Shown here: piece by piece, positions 49,001-59,005 of the stretch | Numbering within the stretch: the first letter of the stretch is position 1 | Layout of the letters: every line of letters starts with the position of its first letter | Assembly: GCF_028641065.1 (NCBI RefSeq) | Contig: NC_073389.1 | Location: 27,714,001-27,778,000 of the forward strand | Direction: 5' to 3' | DNA from: Leucoraja erinacea | Lineage: Eukaryota | DNA length: 64,000 bases | Notes under the pieces: model-generated | The model's database searches: none | What the model saw: the letters and a program-made list of their open reading frames with translations, nothing else | Told to the model about the DNA's origin: nothing | Made by a program: the position numbers and the translations under genes

Positions 49001-52000
49001 TTTTTTTTATTTGCCTTCCAAATTGTTTTTGTTAAAAATAATTCTCCAATAATCTTTTGTAATCTTTCTTATTGTTCTTCCCTGCTGTTCATGTACCAAG
49101 TTTGATACTTTCTTTTCACTCATTTTCATTCCTCCTGCATCTTTATTCATCCGTAGGGCTTAGTTTTGTTTTATTTGAGTAGCCTATATTTTCCTGGACT
49201 CTGTTGGAAGCTCGTTTATATGTTCCCCACTGTTTTTCAATCTTATTCTCTGCCAACAATATTGTGTATTTTATTTACCAGGTTCTAATCTTATACCTTG
49301 ACGCTGTCTGGTCTACAATCTATGGCAGGCTCATTATCTTACCCATGTCCTCAATAATTATCTTAAAGCATGTTATATTATTTGGGAACTTGAAGAAGGG
49401 TCCTGACCCGAAATGTCGCCTGTCCATTCATTCCACGGATACTGCCTGACTCGTTGAGTTCCTCCCGCGCTTTACACTTTGTGCAAGATTCCTGCATCTG
49501 CAGTTCCTAGTGTCTTCTTTATATTATTTGGAACATCCATAGAACACCCATGTTCTCTAGAGATGCTGCCTGACCCTCTGACTTACTCCAGCAGATGGCT
49601 GATCTATTTTTCCCTCTCAACCCTGTTCTTCTGCCTTCTCCCTGAAACCTTTGATGTGCTTACTAATGGAGAAAGTCAATCTTTGCTTTAAAAATACCCA
49701 ATGACTTAGCCTCCACTGCTGTCTGTAGCAATGAATTCCACAGATTCATCACTTTTGGCTAAAGAAATTCCTCCTCATCTCCATTCTATTGTCACGTGTC
49801 CCGAGGTACAGTGAAAAGTTCTTGTTTGTTTTGTTATCCAATTAAATTATCCTTTGGTCACATTTTCTCTTTTTGTAATCTTACAGCGCGCCAACACCCC
49901 TATAGTGATACGTTTGTTTATTAATGTGTAGGAAGGAACTGCAGATCCTGGTTTAAACCGAAGATAGACACAAAAAGCTGGAGGAACTCAGCGGGACAGG
50001 CAGCATCTCTGGAGAGAAGGAACGGGTGATGTTTCGGGTCGAGGCCCGTTTCTCTTTCCTGTGAATTTCTATCTGAAGAAGATTCTCGACATGAAACGTC
50101 ACAGATTCCTTCTCTGCAGAGATGCTGCCTGTCCCACTGAGTTACTCGAGCTTTGTATGTATCTTCTGTTTGCTTATTAATAATGCTTAGCTGATAGATA
50201 ATGTAAGTGAATGATTTAGAACATTTATTCACTTAGATTTAGAGTTCTGTTAGTATACGTATTACGTTAAAATGTCTGCAACCTTGATTATATTGATGGA
50301 TAGTTGTTGATAAATGTAGGAACAGGAACTGCAGATGCTGGTTTACAAAAGAGACACAAAGTGCTGGAGTAACTCAGTGGGTTAGATCAGTGGTTCCCAA
50401 CCTTTTTTAGCTCATGGCCGCCTTGGGATCTTTTAATTTTTCTGTGCCCCCCCCCTGACATTATTAGCGGAAAAAAAATACTTCAATATTATAATACCTT
50501 CCATAAATATATCAGCGTCTATTAATTGCACATATATTATCTTTTATACTATTCCACAAACATCAAAAATATTTCAACTACATAGATTTAAATTTATTAG
50601 AACTGAAATTTAGGAGGCAACAGGGTGGTAGCTCTGTGGCCCCCTTCATTGAACCTGTGGCCCCCTAAATCACCATTTTTTTCTGTGGCCCCCCTGAAAT
50701 TTGCCATGGCCTTTGGGGCCATATGGCCCCAGGTTGGGAATCACTGGGTTAGGCAACATCTCTGGAGGACATGGATCGGTGATGTTTCTGGTCAGGACCC
50801 TTCCTCAAGTGTCCTCCAGAGATGGTGCCTGACCCGCTGAGTTACTCCAGCACTTTGAGTCTTTTCGTGATCACTCTAGGGTTTTTTAACTGGTTTTCCT
50901 AATTTATTTGCACACTCAATTTACATCGTGCTGGTTTAGTTTGTATTACTGATGGAGCCATGCTGCTGCTATTTTATTCAGTGGATGTTAATACTGAAGT
51001 ACTTTCCACATTGAAGTTGCTTCAGGACACTATACACATGAGCCAAGACCAAATCATTGGCTTCTGGGCAAGCAAATCTAATTACTTCTTTTATAATCTC
51101 CATTCAAATGAACAGAATTATTCAGAACTCTTTATTGCTTCCAATGATTCATTCAACAGAGGCTACCTACTGCTTGAATCATCTTGCTAATCCCTACTTT
51201 ATTCAGTAAGACTTTGGAGGTACAGCACGGAAACAGGCCCTTCGGCTCAACGAGTCTGCACTGACCACCAATCATCCCGTACACTAGCTCTACCCCGACA
51301 CAATTTACAATTTTACCGAAGCCAATGAACCTGTAATTCTTTGGAGAGTTGGGGGAAACCAGAGCACCCGGAGAAAATCCACGTGGTCACAGGGAGCATG
51401 TACAAACTGCGTACAGACAGCACCCATAGTCCGGTTCGAACCAGGGTCTCTGGCGCTGTAAGGCAGTCTAAACCGCTGCTTCATTTGTAAAGAGATAACT
51501 GGACGGGAGTACATGTTGAGGGACTCACTGAAGCTCGGTGCAGCCAACGCCAAGGCTCTGTGGGGGAGGACACCACTCTAGGATCCTTCCACTGCTGGAC
51601 AATGAGGGGGCAGAGTCTGGTGGGACACCCCTCAAACGGGAAGGGATATCACCCCAGAGGACCACATGAGTGGCAAGGATATCTTGTTTAATGATAGGTG
51701 CAACACAGCTGACAGTACAGTGGTGCAGCGGGTAAAGCCACTACCTCACAGCGCCAGAGACCTGGGTTCGATCCTGACCTCGGGTGCCACCTTCTGTGTG
51801 GAGTTTGCACGTTCTCCCTGTGACTGCCTGGGTTTGCTCTGGGTGTTCCCACATCATAAAGACATGCGGGTTAGTGGGTTAATTGGCCCTCTGTAAATTG
51901 CCACTGGTGTGTAGGGAGTGGATTGGAAAATGGGATAACATAGACCTAATGTAAATGGGTGATAAAAGGGTCAGTGTGGCCTTGGTGGGCCAAAGGGCCT

Positions 52001-53256
52001 GTTCCCATGCTGTATATCTGAAACTGCTGTATGACACTATTATAGTAATGGAGTCATACAGCATGGAAACAGGTTCTTCAGCCCAACTTGCCCAACTTGC
52101 CCAAGCTGACCAATGTCTCATTTACACTAGTTCCACCTGAATGCATTTGGCTCATATCCCTCTAAACCTATCCTATCCATGTACCTATTCAAATATTTGT
52201 TGAAATGTTGTGACAATACCTGCCTCAACTACCTCCTCTGGCAGCTTGTTCCATACACCCACCATCCTCTGTGTGAAAAAGATGGCTTCAGGTTCCTATT
52301 GAATCTTGTTTAAGAAGGAACTGCAGATGCTGGAAAATCGAAGGCACGTAAAAATGCTGGAGAATGCACTCAGCGGGTGCAGCAGCATCTATGGAGCGAA
52401 GGAAATGGGCAACATTTCGGGCTGAAACCCTTCTTCAGACAGACTATTTCCTATTGAATCTTTACCTCCTCACCTTAAACCAATGTCCTCTGGTTCTTTC
52501 TTCCGATTAAATGTGCAGACACTGAGAATGAATGAAGACTTTTTGCACAGTTTTTGTTTTGTATTTTTTTTTAATTTTGAATGATGTTTATGTTTGAATA
52601 ACAAGACCATGGGTACTCAAAAACAGAATATATTTTAGATGGTAGGATTTGAAGAGAAACTCTCTTGAGCACTTCCTCCAAATGCAATTGTGTGAAGCTT
52701 TCTTTAGATGCAGTCCTGGCCGTAGAACTTCTTCATTCTTTGACGTGATGTTTGTATTGTGGTTAAATCGAAGAAGTGAAAATCTCCTTCCTGATATAGT
52801 TCTGGTAGTTCTGGTAGTCTATTGGCACGTCAGTCTTTTAAATAACTATACCCTGGGTATAACCAAACTAAACCTCAATCCTTAGTACAACCCAGGCAGT
52901 TGGTAGCTTGGATTGCAGTTTAGTTGGAGTTTGTAGTGTTTTATATCCTTGATAGTTGGGAAGAAACTTTTGATGTGCAGGTCATTGCTTCAAAGAACAT
53001 TACCACTGCTAACATGATTTTCTCCTCTTTATTTCCAGCTGTTACACTCCACACCAAAGCCTGTGCCTCTCCATCACTCTTCTACTTCCTATTTGTCTAC
53101 CCATTCATCATCATCATAGCTCTCCTCGCCCTCGTTGTCTACTTTTACCTGAACCCGAAAAAGCCGCAGAAATCTTCTCAAGAAAATCATTTTTGGGCAC
53201 CGATTGAACCCATCACTGACGATCTGAAAAATGAAGAGGATACAAGTGTGATATGA
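15976..53256 (+). CDS. CD101: EWI-family Ig superfamily type I membrane protein, CD101/IGSF2-like (IGSF3-related); 9 coding exons, 1028 aa
   Basis: Join 15976-16045, 27216-27593, 29481-29888, 39089-39469, 40760-41164, 41831-42232, 43217-43627, 45021-45434, 53039-53256 = 3087 nt, all GT-AG phase-1 introns. N-terminus [16 protein letters not shown] and D2 [12 protein letters not shown] match the EWI family. Seven V domains and ...[37 protein letters not shown] resemble mammalian CD101 as I recall it (IGSF3 has 8 domains). Orthology needs a phylogeny. Confidence 0.8.
17245..18250 (+). mobile_element. CpG-rich non-coding element ending in an L2-type 3' tail
   Basis: GC-rich body; 3' TGTAAGGTGTCCTTGAG..GAAAGGCGCC..AATAAAATG(TAT)n matches the L2 tail at 11291. 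Confidence 0.55.
18310..19135 (-). mobile_element. probable Helitron-like non-autonomous element with purine-rich tract and minisatellite
   Basis: Minus-strand start TATATTATTAAAAG resembles the 32556 start; no CTAG end recognised. Confidence 0.35.
18636..18775. repeat. ~31-33-bp minisatellite, about 4.5 units
   Basis: TTTTAGAACCAATAGACAC(A/T)TT(C/T)TGCAA repeated. Confidence 0.85.
19260..19290 (+). ncRNA. minimal hammerhead ribozyme core (Penelope terminal repeat)
   Basis: CTGAAGA-A-GGG(TTTCGG)CCC-GAAAC-GTT: conserved CUGANGA/GAAA boxes, stem II, palindromic ACGT mini stem III. Confidence 0.6.
21078..21366. mobile_element. MITE, PIF/Harbinger-like, inserted in a V-SINE
   Basis: ~40-bp imperfect TIR AAGCCCTGTCCCACTG.. 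/ ..CAGTGAGACAGGGCTT; flanks GAA/TAA at the GCTG-TAA-GGC site of the SINE. Confidence 0.75.
22080..23667 (-). mobile_element. CR1-clade LINE, 5'-truncated, inserted into a V-SINE
   Basis: 356-aa RT ORF ([36 protein letters not shown]); (TTCTATGT)n 3' tail; the SINE sequence resumes at ~23668. Confidence 0.95.
25550..26440 (+). mobile_element. Penelope-like element fragment (RT C-terminus, GIY-YIG, terminal repeat)
   Basis: [17 protein letters not shown]-like segment; [29 protein letters not shown]; CTGAAGAAGGGTCTCGACCTGAAAC at ~26346. Confidence 0.85.
26780..27080 (+). mobile_element. V-SINE (HE1-like)
   Basis: Full length with (CTAAA)n tail. Confidence 0.85.
27216..27593 (+). CDS. CD101: exon 2, V-type Ig domain 1
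   Basis: ttacag| acceptor, G|GTAGG donor, 378 nt; IECEV...FEWSV...DEGEYKC. Confidence 0.95.
29481..29888 (+). CDS. CD101: exon 3, V-type Ig domain 2 (EWI motif as EWM)
   Basis: ctctag| acceptor, G|GTAAG donor, 408 nt; VIPDTL...LVCEV...VTW...[16 protein letters not shown]. Confidence 0.95.
30696..32408 (-). mobile_element. CR1 fragment (second family) interrupted by the Rex1 copy
   Basis: (AACCATAT)n tail at ~30696; [31 protein letters not shown] at 32218-32409. Confidence 0.75.
30998..32225 (-). mobile_element. Rex1/Babar-type element of a distinct subfamily, uninterrupted RT C-terminal ORF
   Basis: 321-aa ORF 31202-32167 [37 protein letters not shown]. Confidence 0.9.
32409..32555 (+). 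mobile_element. 3' end of an upstream Helitron-like copy (5' part probably ~30335-30695)
   Basis: Same terminal sequence GGAACCC-AAA-GGGTCCC-ATTTGGT-CTAG. Confidence 0.55.
32556..33189 (+). mobile_element. non-autonomous Helitron-like element
   Basis: 3' hairpin GGGACCC-AAT-GGTTCCC then ACTTGGT-CTAG; starts ATATATTACTGAAA directly after another CTAG end. Confidence 0.65.
34195..34610 (+). mobile_element. Penelope-like GIY-YIG 3' fragment
   Basis: [21 protein letters not shown] similarity to the 4335-4658 copy. Confidence 0.7.
34771..37055 (-). mobile_element. CR1-clade LINE, 5'-truncated, same young family as 22080-23667
   Basis: RT ORF 35467-36300, end of APE domain ([10 protein letters not shown]) at 36673-37056, frameshifts, same 3' tail. 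Confidence 0.95.
37650..38990 (-). mobile_element. Rex1/Babar-type fragment, same family as 12238-13510
   Basis: ORFs 38169-38810 and 37731-38084 with the same RT motifs. Confidence 0.88.
39089..39469 (+). CDS. CD101: exon 4, V-type Ig domain 3
   Basis: tttgcag| acceptor, C|GTAAG donor, 381 nt; GKEF...ITCMVEAQN...VAW...DGGRYHC. Confidence 0.93.
40760..41164 (+). CDS. CD101: exon 5, V-type Ig domain 4
   Basis: ttcacag| acceptor, G|GTGAG donor, 405 nt; [13 protein letters not shown]...VIWQ...[12 protein letters not shown]. Confidence 0.95.
41831..42232 (+). CDS. CD101: exon 6, V-type Ig domain 5
   Basis: ttgacag| acceptor, G|GTAAG donor, 402 nt; AITRTP...FELQC...VTWKFQP...EAGKFLC. Confidence 0.95.
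43217..43627 (+). CDS. CD101: exon 7, V-type Ig domain 6
   Basis: ctgcag| acceptor, G|GTAAA donor, 411 nt; ELDC...FSVSW...[16 protein letters not shown]. Confidence 0.95.
44333..44620 (+). mobile_element. V-SINE (HE1-like)
   Basis: tRNA head, V core, tail. Confidence 0.8.
45021..45434 (+). CDS. CD101: exon 8, V-type Ig domain 7
   Basis: ctgcag| acceptor, G|GTAAC donor, 414 nt; FELEC...FSVTW...[12 protein letters not shown]. Confidence 0.95.
45458..45737 (+). mobile_element. V-SINE (HE1-like) ~25 nt downstream of the exon 8 donor
   Basis: GGTAGAGTTGCTGCCTCACAGCGCCAGAGACCCGGGTTCGATCC. Confidence 0.85.
46731..46761 (-). ncRNA. minimal hammerhead ribozyme core (antisense to the gene)
   Basis: Reverse complement GTCTGAAGAAGGGTTTCGGCCCGAAACGTTG, identical to the 19260 copy. 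Confidence 0.55.
48618..48922 (-). mobile_element. V-SINE (HE1-like)
   Basis: Reverse complement of the consensus. Confidence 0.85.
50388..50746. mobile_element. hAT-Charlie-like MITE nested in a Penelope-derived element
   Basis: TIR CAGTGGTTCCCAACCT / AGGTTGGGAATCACTG; 8-bp flanks GGTTAGAT / GGTTAGGC. Confidence 0.85.
51215..51478 (-). mobile_element. V-SINE (HE1-like)
   Basis: Reverse complement of the consensus. Confidence 0.8.
51713..52030 (+). mobile_element. V-SINE (HE1-like)
   Basis: tRNA head, V core, tail. Confidence 0.8.
53039..53256 (+). CDS. CD101: exon 9, juxtamembrane Cys, transmembrane helix and cytoplasmic tail to stop codon
   Basis: Long polypyrimidine tract + ttccag|; [25 protein letters not shown] followed by basic NPKKPQK; TGA at 53254-53256. 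Confidence 0.92.
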
Positions 53257-55212
53257 CGCACTGGATGAATGGTCTTTGTGCCACTCTGTTGTGGACGAAG
53301 TGTGTCATTAAATGATGGCCAAATTATATGTTGCTCAGGAGAAGTTCACACAAGTGCCCAACAAAATCCGCAACTGAAGCTACCCACTCAACTTAAATGT
53401 CGGTTGGCTTCATTTAAAGTTGGCATTCACAACTCTTGCCAAATGAGGATTGTTTAAATTGTTTAAATGAATCTTCACTGGTTGAAAGTTCATCTTCGTT
53501 CCAAAGCTGAAGAAGAGTCAGAAACTGAAGAAAGATCCCGACAGGAAATGTTGCCTATCCATTTTCCTCCACACATGCTGCCTGACCTGCTGAGTTCCTC
53601 CAGCGCTTTGTGTGTTGCTCAAGACTCCAGCATCTGCAGCTCTTTGTGTCTACCCTTCCAATTCATTCCCTTCCCGTATTTTATCTGTATAATTTGTTCC
53701 GTGTAATTTTAATTGTGCATTTTTAGACACAAACTAAACCAGTCTGAAGAAGGGACGTCGCCTATCCATGTTCTCCAGAGATAGCAAAACGTAGAAAAAT
53801 AGGTGCAAGAGTTGGCCATTCGGCCCTTCGAGTCAGCACTGCTATTCAATATGATCATGTCTAATCATCTAAAATCAATACCCTGTTCCAGTTTTTTCCC
53901 CACGTCCCTTGATTCCTTCAGCCCTAAGAGCTGAATCTAACTCCCTCTCTCTTGAAAGATGCTGCCTGACCCGCTGAGTTACTCCAGCACTTTATGTTTT
54001 AATCAATATTCCTGCATCTGCGGTTCCCTGTATCGCCGTTGTGGTTTGGCATATCGCCACTGTGCTGAGGCCAGGCGCCAACTCTTGGACAGCTACCAGG
54101 CCATCATGTACCTGGCACAAATACCAGGCCATCATCTCCAAGACCCTTAAGGGGCCGCAGATGGGTCCTAGTCCGAAAAGTCGCCGATTCATTCCCTGCA
54201 CAGATGCTGCCTGACTCACTGAGTTCCTCCAGCATTTTGTGTTTTACTCGATACCAGCACCTGCAGTTCTTTGTGTCTACAGCTTCGCTCATGATTGCTT
54301 AATCAATTTAATCTTATTATTGCCAGTATTAAACGTTCTTCCGTTCGAACAACCACTTCCTAAATTGAAATCGTGTGACTTGGTTTTTGCAAATAAATCT
54401 GTTTTGCTGTACCTCAGTCCTTTCCATGTACTACCCCAAATTGTATATACTGTCATATACACAATACAGAACAAGTCAGTAGATGATATGCTAAAAGTGA
54501 ATGCTTTAAATTGCCCCTAGTGTGTAGATAGAGAGCGGATAACATAGAACTAGTGTGAACAATTGATCGATGTTCAGCGCGGACTCGGTGGGCTGATTCC
54601 AATCTGTAAAACTAAACTCAACTAAACTGAACTAAACTAGCAAGATAAAGAAGTTCCAATTGATAAGAGACAAATGCAGGACTCATTACGGGGTTCTTGA
54701 GGCAACAATAAAACTGTACACTGATTTATGAATGATAGATGCAGCATGGAAATAGGCCCAATGGCTACTGAGTCCACACCGAACATCGATCACCCGTTCA
54801 CACTAGTTCGATGTTTCCCACTATTCTCATCTACTCCCTATACACTAGGGGCAATTTACAGAGGGGCCAATTAACGTACAAACCCACATGTCTACACAGG
54901 CTGAGTCTAGATGGGGAAAACTCCATTTGTATTTAAATGGATTTTGCACACTCTGGTTGATAGAGACTTTATGTAGACTGAATGAGGAACCTGTTTTTTT
55001 TGTGTGTTTTTGTTGGTTATATAGCTTTATTACTTTTTAATACTTTTATATTTTTATACATATGTTACTTTTACAATGAGGAGATATTTGACTGATTTAT
55101 TTTCAGCCCATTGCTTTAAACCCGCAGAGAATGATAAATATGGAAAGGAGCGATGCTTTGTCTTAAACCTTAGGGATTGTAACATCCAGTCCTACTAATC
55201 AATCAGAATTAT

Positions 55213-55520
55213 ATAGCATGGAAACAGGCCCTTCGGCCCACCAACTCCATGCCGACCATCCATCACCCGTTCACACTAGTTCTATGTTATCTCACTTTCT
55301 CATCCAATTCCTGCACACTAAGGGGGCAATTTACAAAAGCCAATTAACCTACAAACCTACACATCTTTGGGATGTGGTAGGAAACCGGAGCACCCAGAGG
55401 AAACCCACGCATTCACAGGGAGAATGTACAAACTCCACACACAGACTTAGGGTGCCCAAGATCAGGATTAAACCCAGGTCTCTGGCGCTGTGAAGCAGTG
55501 GCTCTACCAGCTGTACGACT
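55213..55520 (-). mobile_element. V-SINE (HE1-like) in the putative 3' UTR
   Basis: Reverse complement of the consensus. Confidence 0.8.
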
Positions 55521-55677
55521 TCTGGATGGTGCTTCATTCTCGAATACCGATTCTTTGATGCACTGACTGCTTCCCACTGTCCACAGCAAAAACCAGCCCC
55601 ATTTCTCCTCCCCACCCCCATTGTCCTCCTACCATCGACTTCCATAATCCACACAATAGATTTCTTCCACTAGAGGG

Positions 55678-55997
55678 GAGCGGTAGAGTTGCTGCCTTAC
55701 TGCGCCAGAGACCCGGGTTCACTCCTATCTACGGGTGCTGTCTGTATGGAGTTTATACATTCTACCTATGACCAGCGTGGGTTTTCTCCGGGTGCTCCGG
55801 TTTCCTCCCACACTTCAAAGACGTACAGGTTTGTACGCTAATTGGCTTCAGTAAAAATTGTAAATTATCCCTAGTGTGTAGGATAGACTTAGTGTGCAGG
55901 ATAGTGTTAGTGTGCATGGGTCGCTGGTTGGCGTAGACTCAGTGAACTGAAGGGGCCTGTTCCAATGCGCTGTATGTTTAAACTAAACTAAACTAAA
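55678..55997 (+). mobile_element. V-SINE (HE1-like) in the putative 3' UTR
   Basis: Full length with (CTAAA)n tail. Confidence 0.85.
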
Positions 55998-56375
55998 ATG
56001 AGCTTTGCAAAGCTATTTTTCCCCATATAAGGGCCTAATACTATCCGATGTAGAAGCTTGTGCGAAATGTCCTTGTACTAAATTGGCATGTTCCCACCCA
56101 TCTCATCTCCATTCTTCCACAAGCCTTTTAAAGGCATCTTTTACCAGAATCTTCAGGTTTGTATCTTCAGAATAGTTACAAAAGAGTAATTATAGTCTCA
56201 GAAGAATACTAAATGAACTCCTGATATCGTGACTTGCACCTGCATCCAAAAAAAATGATACGTACGGTTGATTTCTACTGAAGAACATTCCATTTTTGAA
56301 TTGTTTTTAATTTAAAATTTATGATTGTTTCTTGAGTTGTCAAGGAAGCACTGATGTAAAATGTTGTCTTGCAAT

Positions 56376-56381
56376 AATAAA
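56376..56381 (+). terminator. candidate polyadenylation signal AATAAA
   Basis: AATAAA in AT-rich unique sequence followed by TGTGTTTG; alternative AATAAA at 54392 and 54707. Confidence 0.4.
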
Positions 56382-56687
56382 ATAAGAACTAAAATGTGTT
56401 TGATTATCCCTTATGTTAGAGAGGAGGCCATCACAGTAACTGATGAAAGGCAGGTGACTAATGAAATGTGGGAATGGATGTTGCAATTACTTCAGTCGAT
56501 GGAGTAATACAGTCGATGGAGCTCTCCAGCACAGAAATGGGCCCTTCGGCCCATCTTGTCCATGCCCACCAAGTGGCCCACTGTGCTGATCTCATTTGCC
56601 CTCTAAACCTTTCCTGTCAATATTGGATAAATAAAGTAGTTCCTAGCTTGACATCTGATCTTCATTGCTGCAATATGAAGACTTCCT

Positions 56688-57202
56688 AGGGGCTGTCCCA
56701 CTTGGGTGACCTAATTGGCGAGTTTAGGAGAGTTTGAAAAAAATGTAATGTTGAAGACGTCCTTCGACTATGTAGAAGACTAGCTTCAACTAGCTACGAC
56801 TAACTTCGGGAAAATTGGACACCGAATAGTGGAGAGCGAAGACAACCTCCTTCGATCTCCTTCGACCTCCCTTCGACTATGATGAAGACTATCTATGACT
56901 ACCTTCAACTACCCTCGATTACCTACGACTAACATGCTGACCTACTACGACTAAACCTACGAGTAAAAAAAGTATCAATTTTTTCCATGGCGACTTTTTT
57001 TTAAAAACTTGCGGGCATTCTTCAACATGTTGAAAAATACGCCGCAACCTAGCTGAGGCCTCGAATACACGGGGGCCACTCTTGAGCATGAAGGAGAGTT
57101 ACAAAGACCTCCTACGACCTTGTGTCGACCATGCTGCGAGTATGAGTCGAGGGCAAACTCGCCAGAACTCGCGGATTAGGTCGCCCAAGTGGGACAGCCC
57201 CT
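56688..57202. mobile_element. MITE related to 21078-21366
   Basis: 28-bp TIR AGGGGCTGTCCCACTTGGGTGACCTAAT / ATTAGGTCGCCCAAGTGGGACAGCCCCT; internal repeats of (T/C)T(A/T)CGAC. Confidence 0.8.
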
Positions 57203-58214
57203 TTAAGAACAACAAAATTAAGAAACTGAACACATTGATTCAATGATACTTTGTTGTTACAGTGAAATACTTTGTTTTGCATACAACCTGGTAAAATCAT
57301 ACTGCAAACCTCACCTAAGCCTCACAAAGAGTTGCCACGTTTTGGCACTGACAGCAGGAGGGTCCCATCCTGGAACACCACCTATACATGGTCTCCAGAG
57401 ATGCTGCCTGACCTACTGAGTTACTTCTGCATTTTGTGTCCTTTTATGTAAGTGGGCATCTGCAGTTCCCTGTTTCTACCTCCCGTGGAACAACTTGTTC
57501 CATATACCCACCACCAGTGAGTGAAAAGATTGCCCCTCAGGTTCCTGTTAAATCTTTCCCCACTCACCTTAAACCTGTGTCCTCTAGTTCCCGATTTCCC
57601 TACCCTGGGTAAAAGACTCTGTATATTCACACTATCTATTCCCCTCTTGATCTTACACACCTCTATAAGACCACCCTCATCTTCCTGTGCTCCAAGGAAT
57701 AAAGTCCTAGCCTGCCCAACTTCTCCCTATAGCACCTGCCCACGGCCCTTGAGTCCTGGCAACATCCTTGTAAATCTTGCCTGCACCTTTTCCAGCTCAA
57801 TGACAACTATGATAGCATTTAAAAGGCACTTGGACAGGTACATGGATAGGAAAGATTTGGAGGAATATGGGCTAAACGCGGGCACATGAGATTAGCTTAG
57901 ATGTGACATCTTGGTCGGCATGGATGTGATGGGCTGTATGTCTCCATGACTCTCTGATTCTATCTCAATCTGCCTGCGATGGAGTTTAACTTTTGGGGAT
58001 TCAGAGGATGCTTCTGTTTTTTTAATCAAGAGATCAAAATAGTACAAAGAACATTTAGCATGAGTGCTTTCCCCACTGACGGGTGTTATTGCTTTTGGTG
58101 GTTGTTAATGCAACTTATTTTAAATTCTTGTGGTGACCAGTTCATGATAACTATTCATTTGCAGTGGAGTCTTTAGACATTACACTTTACAGATGCAGTT
58201 CGGACTTTACACTT

Positions 58215-58500
58215 TACAGATGCAGCATGGATCCACCGAGTCCGTGCCGACCAGCGATCACCCTGTACACGAGTACTATCCTACTCACTGGAGACAATTT
58301 ACAATTTACTGAAGTTAATTAACCTACAAACCTGTATGTCTTTAGAGTGTGGGAGGAGACTGGAGCACTTGGGGGAAAACCCCCCGTGGTCACGGGGAGA
58401 ACGTGTAAACTCCGTACAGACATCACCTGTACTCGGAGTCGAACACAGGCCTCTGGCGCTGAGCGGCAACAGCTCTATCACTGCGCAACCGTGCCACCGA
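58215..58500 (-). mobile_element. V-SINE (HE1-like)
   Basis: Reverse complement of the consensus. Confidence 0.8.
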
Positions 58501-58747
58501 GTCGGTGAATGTAATATACATCCGCTTTTTCTTTCAAACTTCCCATTTAGAGAGCTGAGATCACACAATTTCTTCACAAGACTGCACTAGAAAAGAGGTT
58601 GTGAAAATATATAGTTTGTTTGTGGTTTTTTGTTTTGATTATTGAGGAAGGACTTCAAATAGCACACAAAGGAATATGTGATTATTAATCATGTAACTAA
58701 TATATTCACCATCTGTACAAAATAAATTAATGACCAAGATTCCCATT

Positions 58748-59005
58748 GGGGCAGCACGGTGGTGCAGCAGCAGAGTTGCTGCCTCACAGCGCTGGGTTCA
58801 ATCCCAACTACAGGTGCTGTCAGTACAGAGTTTGTACGTTCTCCCTGTGACCTCGTGGATTTTATCCCGGTGCTCCGGTTTCCTCCTGCAATCCGAAGAC
58901 GTGCATGTTTGTAGGTTAATTGGCCTCTGTAAATTGCCCCTCGTACATAGAACTAGTGTACAGGTGATTGCTGGTCAGCAAGGACTCGGTGTGCCGAAGG
59001 GCTTG
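58748..59005 (+). mobile_element. V-SINE (HE1-like)
   Basis: tRNA head, V core. Confidence 0.8.

Noticed and set aside
45435-53038. An eighth Ig exon, which would make the gene IGSF3
   Set aside because: No ORF with the C...W...DxGxYxC pattern in this interval; it consists of repeats and AT-rich sequence
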